DNA of 64,000 bases, from the NCBI GenBank assembly GCA_009914755.4, contig CP068257.2:26368001-26432000 (forward strand), in the 5' to 3' direction. Shown piece by piece: positions 53,331-64,000 of the stretch. The stretch's first letter is position 1. Each line of letters starts with the position of its first letter. The notes under the pieces are model-generated. The model had not been told where the DNA came from and searched no databases. It was given only the letters and a program-made list of their open reading frames with translations. This DNA comes from the human T2T-CHM13v2.0 reference genome, Homo sapiens. A program made the translations under genes and the position numbers.

Positions 53331-54466
53331 TTAGCAAAGAGACTGGTGGCATTTCGCCCTTGCCCTAGAGATTTGTGGAATTGTGAACTTAGGGGAGATG
53401 ATGTAAGGTATGTAGCAGAACAAATTTCTAAGCAGCAAAGCATTCAAGAGGTGACTGGGTGCTGTTAAAAGCATTCAGTTTTAAAAGGAAAACAGAGAAA
53501 AGTTCAGAAAATTTGCAGCCTGAGGTGATAGAAAAGAAAAACCCAGTTTCTGAGGAGAAATTCAAGCTGGCTGCGGAAATTTGCATAAGTAACAAAGAGC
53601 CAAATATTAATAGCCAAAACAATGGGGAAAATGTCTCCAGGGCACATCAGAGACCTTTGTGGCAGCCCCTCCCATCACAGGCCCAGAGATTCAGGAGAAA
53701 AAAAATGGTTTTGTGGGCTGGACCCAGGGCCCCCTTGCTGTGTGCAGCCTAGGGACTTGGTGCCCTGCATCCTAGCCGCTCTAGCCATGGCTAAGAGGGG
53801 CCAAGGTACAGCTTCGGCCATGGCTTCAGAGGGTCCAAGCCCAAACCCTTGGCAGCTTCCATGTGGCGTTGAGCCTGCAGGTATACAGAAGTGAAGAATT
53901 GAGGTGTGGGAAGCTCCGCCTAGATTTCAGAAGATGTATGGAAATGCCTGGATGTCCAGGTAGAAGTTTGCTACAGGGGCAGGGTCCTCATGGAGAACCT
54001 CTGCTACGGCAGTGTGGGAGGGAAATGTGGGGTTGGAGCCCCCACACAGTGTCCTCACTGGGGCATTGCCTAGCCGGGGAGCCTACTTCTTGCATCAGTG
54101 TAATCTGGATGTGAGACATGGAGTCAAAGGAGATCATTCTGGAGCTTTAAGATTTGACTACACTTCTGGATTTTGGACTTGCATGGGTTTTTTTATCCCC
54201 CGTTTTTGGGCCAGTTTCTCCCATTTGGAATGGCTGTATTTATCCAATGCCTGTACCCCCATTTTATCTAGGAAGTAACCCCACTAATTTGGTTTTGATT
54301 TTACAGGCTCATAGGCAGAAGGGACTTGGCTTGTCTCAGATGAGACTTTGAACTATGGACTTTTAAGTTATTGCTGAAATGAGTTAAGACTTTGAGGGAC
54401 TGTTGGGAAGGCATGATTGTTTTTGAAATGTGAGGATATGAGATTTGGGAGGGTCCAGGGGCGCAA

Positions 54467-54829
54467 TGATATGGTTTGTCTGTGTCCCCACCCAAATCTC
54501 ATCTTGAACTGTAGCTCCCATAATTCGCACGTGTTGTGGGAGGGACCCAGTGGGAGATAATTGAATCATGGGGGGCAGTTTCCTCCATATCGTTCTCATG
54601 GTAGTGAGTAAGTCTAACAAGATCTGATGGTTTTATAAGGGGAAACCCCTTCCACTTGGTTCTCATTCCCTCTTTGCCTGCCACCATGTGGGATGTGTCT
54701 TTTGCCTTCCACCATAATTATGAGGTCTTCCTAACCACATGGAACTGTGAGTCCATTGAACCTCTTTTCTTTGTAAATTACCCATTCGTAGGTATGTCTT
54801 TATCAGCAGCATGAAAACAGACTAATATA
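54467..54829 (+). mobile_element. THE1 3' LTR
   Basis: see parent element. Confidence 0.85.
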
Positions 54830-56916
54830 TATATAGATTATACTAATGGATCTACAAATGTTATTAAAACTAAGAAATTAGTTCAACAAGATTGCAGGAT
54901 ACAAGATCAATATGTCCATGAACTAAGGCATTTGCATTATTAAGAAAATATTAGTATTTAGAATGTATTAGTACTTTCCAATTTTATTTACATATTTGAA
55001 GTAATCCCTGTCAAAACCTCAGATGGTTTCTTTACAGAAATTGACAAGCTAATCCTTAATTTTATATGAAAATTTAAGGGATCCAGAATCGTCAAAATGA
55101 TCTGGAAAAAGAACAAATTTGGTAGAATCACTATTCCTGATTTCAAAACTTACCACAACACTACAATAATTAGACAATGCTATACTTATATAATGGCATA
55201 TATTTGAGAATCCAGATATAAAACTTCACATTTATGGTCAATTAATTTTCAACATAGGTGCTGCAACAATTCAACAGGGGAAAGAATAGTGTTTTCAGTA
55301 AGGCTGGGACAACTGAAAATCCATGTGCAAAAGAACAAAATTGGACAACTGTTTTACACTGTACACAAAAATTAACTCAATATAGATCAGAGACTTAAAT
55401 GTAACAGCTAATCCTATAGCATTACAAGAGGAAATGGGTGCACAATTTTTGTGATCTAGAATTGGGCAGTTGCTGCTATTCTCACCCCAGAATAACTTAA
55501 CACCCACAAATTATTCTAAAATGTGAGTATTTTTAACAACAAAAAGCTCTGCTTTGCTCTATCAACAAATGTCACTTATGTTTGTAATTTGTGACACTTA
55601 TTCATATAATCCAGTAGCTATATATTTTGAACATGTTTAATATTAGTACATTTAGTTATGATAATTCTGAAAACTATTTCAGATATAATAAGGATAGAGG
55701 TATTCATTGCTATTGTGCGGTTGACTTTCTTTTTGTCTTGTTTCAACAACTGCATATGTAAAGCCTTTAAAGAAATTTATTAATGAATGTTGTGAACTTA
55801 GTAAGAAATCAGAAAAGTGAACAAATTATCTATTAAAATGGTCCTGTTATCTAAGTTGGAGTACATTCCTTCATTATGAAGGCTTTTAAGTGCTATCATT
55901 TTAAACTTATTTACATGACCTCTTCTTCCTTTTCGGTGACAGCTAAAATCCACTTAAATTTAATATCCACTTGTGACTCTTTCTGAATCCACTGGAAGAG
56001 CTCCACATCATTTTCTGTACCAGCGAACAAGATGAACAAGCTGCATCTGATCCATGAAACTCAATTTCTGGGGCACATGCCCCCACCCAGCCCATGAGCA
56101 AAGACAGGGTCTTGAAATTGATCAATGACACTGGAAAGAGAAACATTCTCTTTCTCAAATTGGTTATGCTGTTTCTTTTTTCCCCTTCTATCAATGAATT
56201 ATTCATTTTTCAGAGGTCATTTCTGCTAGTTCCATTTCTACACATTTGCATGCACATACACAAATTTATTATATAATTTTCCTCTTAAAGATTACTTAGG
56301 TTCTTGCTGTGTTTTGCTATCAGTGAATAATACTTTGATTCACACACAGAAGTTCATGTTTTCACACATGTTTAAGAATCCTTATAGAATAACATGCTAG
56401 AAGTATAAATTTGGGGGCAAAGAACAAATCTGACATTAATTTTAATGAGTAATGCTAAATTATCCCTTTTCAAGGAGAAGCTTTAACAATCTACAATTCC
56501 ACAATAACTTCAAAGAGTGTGAATTTTTCTATGGCCTAGACAATACTGAGTATTAGGTCTTTCAGTGTTGTCAATCTAATGAATAAAAAAAGTTATAATG
56601 TTGCATTAATTTTCATGAGTGTTTGATTTGGAATATTTTTACATATTTGATAGGTCATTCATTTATTTTCTTCAAACATTTTATCTCTTTTTGTTTTGCG
56701 TTATTTGAGTATTTTTTATATACTGGTGATGTTGATATATTATCTCACATATTTTACAAAGCTTTTAGCTCTGTATGTCTTTCTGACATTTAGTAAGACA
56801 TTAATATATGTATTTATAAAGCTATTTTTCCGGTGTATGTTATGGATTTTACATTGTTCTAAGATTATTTCAGTTTATTATCTTTAATTATCTTGAAGTG
56901 TATTAAAATTTCTTGA

Positions 56917-57327
<411 letters not shown>

Positions 57328-57965
57328 ACAATGCATTTCTAATAAGTCTAGAACCTGCAGCTGCTGCTGGTTTAGGGCCACACTTTGAAAACTATATTTT
57401 CGTATAATAATTATTTAATATACAAATATTGAGTGTTATCTTCAGAGTTAGGTAGGATTATAGTATTTTATAGAAAAATATAAAGGAATGATAGCAGTAT
57501 GCATGTTTTATTATTCATTATAATAAAAATTTTTCTACTATTTTATTATGTATTATTGCAGTAGGGCTCCAATGGTGTGAATCTTTCTCCTTTGCTAAGT
57601 ATAATAAAATGTTTGTTTTTGTCTCTCTTAAGTATGTTTATAGTAGGTTTCTACCTGTGGCTTATAGTAATAGAGTTAAAATTTCTTATTTTTTAGTTTA
57701 AGGGTTTTTTTAATTGGCAATGAATACAACATTTTATCAAATTATTTTGACATTTAATAATATGATTGCCTTATTTTTTCAGTCTTTTCATGCGATGAAT
57801 TATATCAATAGATTTAATAATGTTGAGACATACTTGTATAATGGAAGTTATCTTAGTTGTGATACTCAGTATTATTCTGGTATTTAATTTATATTTGATT
57901 CTGTTTAGTTCAAAACTGTAGTCTGAGATGTTACTTTGCAAGATCAAAAATTAGTATGCGAGAGC

Positions 57966-58026
57966 TATATATGTACATATATACATACATATATATACAT
58001 ATATATATATATATACACACACACAT
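57966..58026. repeat. compound (TA)n/(TACA)n/(CA)n microsatellite
   Basis: direct reading. Confidence 0.8.
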
Positions 58027-58996
58027 AATTACAAGTATTCTGATTGGGGAAACGATTATTTTCTCACAGAGGAACTTGTGCTAGTTCCCCATGATACTAC
58101 AAGATGTCATGCAGCAAGCTTCACACCACAGGAGAGGAGGCTCCAAGTTATGAAAATAGCACCTGTGCAGGAGCTACTAGCAAAACTGCCCATGCTCCCT
58201 GAGAGAGAAAGAAACCTTTGTTCCAGAATCTAAACAAGTTGTTTCTCAGAGTCAAGACATGTGTCACTGCTTTACTACCCTGAAATACAAACAAATGGAT
58301 ACGGGGAGATATATCTCTATATTTCTCTGGAAGCATCTGTCTCTGACTTCCAAGGATTATTTGCTATTCAATCAACTTTTAACTTAGGTGGCAGCACTCT
58401 TTGCTTAGAAAGCTCTGAATATGTAGATGCGAGGAGTTATTCATGGAACATTGCCTCCCAACAGGTCCCAATAATTGTTAAACTGTTGAATCATCATGGC
58501 TTTTTAAAGAAACTGACAAAAGATAGAAAACTTGTCCCAGAAAACAAATCAATTTTCTGAAGGTTTTTAAGCTACTGAAGCTCACTCATAGATTCTTAAG
58601 AATTTCTACATTTGACTGCCAAGCTCTAAAACACAAATGTAGCCGTGCCACCTCCTTCGCACTCCCCATTTTCAAATTATTTTCCATTTTCCCAGGGTCT
58701 AATGAACTATGCACTATGTACTTATTCAGATTACTCAGTCTGGCACACATGGTCACCAACAGCATGGCTCCAATTAAACTTCCAATATGATTTCCCAGTA
58801 GAGCTGTTATTCTAACTATCCTAGTTTACCTCATTCTACTTGCCCGCTTTCATTCATCCTTTCTTCCTTCTTTTTCACTCATACCTATTAAAATTCTTAC
58901 TAACTCACAGGCTAATTCTTACATAAAACCATTTCTAACATCTCCAATTGAAATACTACCCTAATTATTTTTAGTATCTATTAAAATAAGTTTCTG

Positions 58997-59218
58997 GCCT
59001 GCACAATATAGTGAGATCTCATCTCTACAAAAAAAAAAAAAAAAAAATTGTTAAAAATTAGCCAGGCATGCTGGCATACCCATAGTCCCAGTTACTCAGG
59101 AGGCTGAGGTGAGAGGGTTGCTTGAAACTGGGAGATAGAGGTTGCAGTGAGCCAAGGTCACGCAGCTGAACTCCAGCCTGGCCAAAAGAGCAAGATCCTA
59201 GCTCAAACCAAAAAAATA
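58997..59218 (+). mobile_element. 5'-truncated older Alu (left-monomer end, A-rich linker, right monomer)
   Basis: ggcctgcacaatatagtgagatctcatctctac-poly-A-ttagccaggcatgctggcatacc...ctcaggaggctgaggtgagagggttgcttga...gaactccagcctggcc. Confidence 0.8.
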
Positions 59219-62200
59219 AATAGTTTGCATCCCTTGTATAACATTTAATGTAGTATCTTGGATTATAATTTCTTTAGTGCCTCTCACCCCCAGTAAATTG
59301 TAATCCACTTAAAGAAATGAGTCTTAAATTTAATTTTACTACTTGAAGTTTTTAGAAAAATAGCTTGTCCATAGTTGGAAATTAATCAATGTTTCTAAGG
59401 CATTATAAAAATGTTATGATGCTATACCAATCATGTGGTACTCATCTTCTCTCTTTACTCAAGATTTGCTTTCTCTGAAGAAAGCGGAATTGTGAACAGG
59501 TGTTGAAGGCACACATCATGAGATATTGTGGAGCAAAAGAGCACACATAAATATTGATGTTTATCCCATGTATTTATGGTTTGGGGGTTGAGAGAACTAT
59601 GTTGATGTCAGAATCAACAGAGTTGGTGTTAAAGGGCAATTCCTTTCTATTTTCAGGCAATCTACACATCATGGTTAGTAGGTTTCTAAATAAACGTCAA
59701 GCTTGGATGTTTTGTAAAATATTAGTTTCAGTACAGTACTGTTACATGATGTTACATCAAAGATTTTGCATAGGTATCCATCTAGTTGCTCTACAGTGAA
59801 TAATTGGGTGGGGGAGAACATTGTGGATGTTCTAATTACTGCACTTCATGTGTTTGCTGTATTTAGAAATTTGAATATTTCCAGTAAGTAAGCCAGGTAT
59901 TCTGGATTTAAGTAAATACAACTTCAGCTTTAGTAGTTGTCATTGTATTTCCTCTGACAGTTTACTGTGTTTCTTTCTCTCTTTTAAAACTTCCTCTTCT
60001 ACTTTAAGTACTTTATCCATTCTGTTTCTAGGACTTGTCATCCTCTGCTCATTCTCCACATCATTATGTTCTTTTACTAAGAAATTTTATTTCCAATCTC
60101 ATTTCTTTTTACCCCAGATAATTTTTTTCCTAATAATTTTTTTTCTAGTTTTGATTTCAGCTGCCAAAGATTTGATCCAAAATGGTTCTCTTATTCTCAG
60201 TGGTATTCGGATTCCTTCATTGAATTTGCCTGCACTGGAAACTAAACCAGTCAGAAGAACCCTTTGGTGGGACTTTGGTTCTGGATTTCATTCAGGGACC
60301 ACAGAGCTGCTCTTGAACTCAAGCGTTCTCAAGAAGACACTTCAGTGCTCTGCTAGTAAAAACTGTGTATCCATGCAAGTTCAGACTCATTACATAAGCA
60401 TTCCAATTTTTTTTGTCACAAAGAAAATCGTGCACATCTGCTATTTAAATAGTCTCTGGCTAAAAAAGTTGTTGCTTCTATATAAGAAAGCATAGCTTAG
60501 ATATACATTACAGTGTTTCTTATTGTCATCCAACACACACACATTCTGTTTGCTTAATCCATTGCAGTCTCCTTCTCTGCCCCTTTTTACCCAAAGTTCC
60601 TTTCTTGGAGTGAGATGAGGGAATGAAGGAAGGTTTAGATTTAAATAAACAGACTGTAGGGGTTTCCTGAGGCTATCACATGGTGGATGCCTCTGCTATA
60701 AAACTTTGTCTTAATAAATAACATTATATTCACATGAATATTGAGTTAAATTGATTCATTTTGTGTGTCCTTTTAAAGATTGACTTTGGAAGTCTCCCTT
60801 TTTAGGAGATTTTAGAATTGTGTTGGAGAAATTGGAATTTCATTAACAACATATAGTCAATGCAGGTAGCTGTTTCAGGTGCTTCCTCAAAGCAAGGATG
60901 ACCCAGGAGAGATACAATCATCTTAGTGTGCTTTATGTGATTCATATGAAATTCAACCCTTTTGGAGTTTCAGTTCTTAGCAAAATACCACTTCCTGTTT
61001 TTGAGGAAAAAAATGGCATAAGAAGTCATATAAAAAGACTCATAAGGCCCTTGGACATCAAATAACTCTTACAAAACAATATTTTAATGAATTAAGTGTA
61101 AATGAATCAGAAACATGTGGGTTGAATTTCCCTTGAAATACCCATGGGCTTAAAAATTAAGGGGAAAAAAAAAAAAGAATTGCTTGGCAAAAAATCATGT
61201 TCATTTTATCGAGCTCAAGCCTTTTGATAAAAAAAAAGAAAAAGGAAGCAGCCTTGATTTGGTTGACTGAATTAAAAATTTAAAAAAAAAACACGACCAT
61301 AGTCTTTATTTGTATTTTTAAATTCTGCAAAAGCCAGGTTGCAGATATAATTATGTGTCTATTTGGGTGTCAGATTCATTAATGTTAGACCATTTTTCAA
61401 GGACGGTAACATTTTGATTAACCAGAATTCTCAAGTAATGGTTGTCTTTCCCAGGGCAGAAGTGGCAGCCAGAAGGAGAACTAAAGACTGTAGTTCAAAT
61501 AAAGTTCATTAGAGCAGAAGTAAAGAAAACATGGTAATCATTCAGTTCACTAACCAAGAAGATCCAAAATCCAAAGGAGTAGTGGGCCCGGTTAGCTAAC
61601 CACTGAACAAAAGTCTAGAAAAACAGTCATGCAAGGGCTGGAGCTCAGAAGATAAGGAAAGCTAAAAATAAGTGGAAAAATCTGTGTACTGAGGGAAAGA
61701 TCTGGGATAAAAGAAAATGCTGACAAAAGAAAAATAAAAATTGCAAAGACTGAAAAACTTCGAGTGGCAACTAGAAATGGCCAAAGTACAGCAGGGCAGA
61801 GGGGTTGGAAAACTTCTAGAGATAGGAAAAGCCGGGCAGATATGAATATTCAATGCCGTATTGTGAACACAGATGTTAATATGAGTAAAAAATGTGAGTT
61901 GTTGGCTCTGCCAACTTCGTCATAGAAGCCATGCTACTCACTGCACCTGTAATGTGCTTAGGTTAGGGTGTCTTAAAATACCTATGGATGCACGCAAGAT
62001 TATTTATGACTCATTTGCAGAGACATGTTTATATTCAGATTTATTCAGGTTTTGGTGGAGTGAAGAATTTGAATTTAGAGAGTCTAGGAGACCTAGTTTT
62101 CTGATAGGGAAAAAGCTGCAATTGGAAGAGAGAGTAAAGATGTTACATAGTAAAGAGAAGTTTGGGAGTCACCCTTCTCCAGCTTAGGGTAGCTCAGCTT

Positions 62201-63929
62201 CCCTCTGTAGGTGAGAACCTGTAGGTCAACCAACATAATGTTTAGTTCTTTCAGAAATATTTGTCCTGAACTCTTATATTAATAAACAGCTTGTTTTGTA
62301 AAGCAGAGATAGGTTAAAGTCTTTAAAAATTATTTTTATTTCCAGGAAACTCTAGTAAATGATAATAATTTGTTGATATAAATGTTACCTATTGATGACA
62401 CCTATACACAAAGAAAGTATTCAAATTGTATAGAAAACATATCTATTGAGAAAGTTAATCTTTTTATTTAAATAGTATTTGTTTAAGCATAGATTTTAGT
62501 TAAAAGCCAAAAGTATAGCTTTTACTAGCAATTGTGCCATGATACTGTCTACCACCAGTAACAACCCTTCACCCTAAAAAATAATTTTAAAGAGAAAAAA
62601 CCGGTAAAGCAATAACAGAAGTGGGCATACATTTTGGGGATAGTAAACTATATTTTGTCTTTCTAGTTTGTTAATTTAAAATAAAAATAACAGGAAAAGA
62701 CAAAACTGAAATAAAGAATACATTTGCATATGATACAAACTCGTAGAAAACTTGAGTGCCAAGACACAGCTGATGATATTAAAAAGGGAATGATGTGGAA
62801 CTCAGATCTAGTCATTGAGTCATAATTAACACTCTTAAATACAGATTTTGCCTTTGCCCAGAAAAGCAGGCAGTTTTTTAGTCTTTTTTTATTTTTCCAC
62901 TTATGTTAAAGAGGTAATGGGAAGAGGTAGGGGAGGGTTATTTCAGGAATTTTTTAAGATTATATCAAGTTTTATCAGTAGACAGCCAGTTCGCTGTCAT
63001 CCACCTGAGAGAATCATGGTCTAGTATTCCCACTCAGTGATTTTATTTTTCTGTGATCATTACCTTCAGCTATGTTCCATCAATCTTCCTTTCTTAACCT
63101 TCAGTGCCATTTGAGCAGAATCCAAAATGTTTTGGCACTTTTAATTACTAAAATCTATACCTTTTAAATTTTAATGTAAACTCAATGTAAAAATCAACTT
63201 CTCCTTTTACACCAGCCTGGATTTGAGCTGAAGCTCAAATGGTCACAGAAGGCTGCTGAAGTTGTCTTAAGCAAGGTCTGGCTCAGAGCTGTCTCTTCCT
63301 TGCCTTCTTCTGGGAGTAGCTCCTCCAGTGTGCTGGAGTGGAAGAAACGTGAGCCTACAGACTGAGTGTCTTGGCTTAACTGTTCTTATGATCCTCTCTC
63401 TTACTGCCATTACTTCTCTCTCTAACACTGACTGGCCTTTGATAAACTCCAGGTCACCATGAGGTGGCAAATTTTCACATGCTGGTGAAAGAGCCTAGCA
63501 AGTGACTGAAGCTTAAAGGCTACTTTAATCACCTCCTGAAAGCTCTGGTAGAATGCCCCGGTTGCTAAAACTGTAACCTTTATGTGAGGGATAACCTCTT
63601 TGGGATTGTTATTTTTCTATAAACTTGAGATAGGCTTATATTTATTTAAGAATACTTTCATGCAGTTATATTACCCAGTACCCATCTCTCTTTGCTTAAA
63701 TCTTTCATACTAAGATTTATACCAGCTTTTAAAGTTCAAGATAGAATCTAAATAATTTGATGAGTCTCGCCATTCAGGATTAGCCCACGGAGCTATCTCA
63801 CCTATTTCACAATATGTTCTTGTGCTCTTTTTGAATTCTATTTTATTTATAATTGCATAAAACTGTAGGTGAATGACCCTGGATGTCATCACAGCAGCTT
63901 GGACAATGTTATCAGTAAATATGCAATAT

Positions 63930-63999
63930 GTGTGCACTCACATGAGTGTGTACACATCTGAGTGTGTATGTATGTATGTGGGGGGGCTTATATTGGAGA
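63930..63999. repeat. (TG)-rich degenerate microsatellite ending in a G-run
   Basis: direct reading. Confidence 0.5.
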
Positions 64000-64000
64000 T

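Noticed and set aside
53459-54114. Chain of ORFs inside the THE1 internal region, mirrored on the minus strand at 24897-25457
   Set aside because: The similarity between the two loci is nucleotide-level homology of MaLR internal sequence, not a conserved protein. MaLR internal regions are non-coding relics.
60151-60495. 114-aa ORF in unique sequence
   Set aside because: No repeat or domain similarity recognisable, no splice or start context, length within chance expectation for AT-rich DNA.

Overview
This 64-kb window is primate (human-type) nuclear DNA, AT-rich and gene-poor. I could not support any host protein-coding exon, rRNA/tRNA/ncRNA gene, CpG island or CRISPR array; exons cannot be formally excluded by eye. 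The window is a mosaic of interspersed repeats: at least 10 Alu SINEs (several with intact target-site duplications, TSDs), L1 and L2 LINE fragments, MIR-like pieces, many microsatellites, and a dense cluster of ERVL-class LTR retroelements. That cluster comprises one complete THE1 MaLR element with both LTRs, solo THE1/MST LTRs, and two HERV-L proviruses bounded by MLT2-type LTRs. Every long ORF in the six-frame track is a retroviral gag/pol remnant, repeat-internal sequence, or a GC-rich or microsatellite artefact. The most notable structure is a HERV-L provirus that originally inserted inside an MST-type MaLR element. Its pol is now cut at one nucleotide-precise point, and the two halves lie about 9.8 kb apart in opposite orientation. 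The flanking MaLR halves are complementary in the same way. The simplest explanation is a single 9,846-bp inversion (22006-31851). A second, internally deleted HERV-L (36263-38606) lies just downstream, and an unclassified 1.75-kb GC-rich but CpG-depleted block (12640-14400) interrupts the AT-rich background. Family-level calls (Alu, L1, THE1/MST, MLT2, HERV-L) rest on remembered consensus motifs and on internal copy-to-copy homology in the window. Subfamily names and exact boundaries (about +/-10 bp) are approximate and need RepeatMasker/Dfam confirmation.
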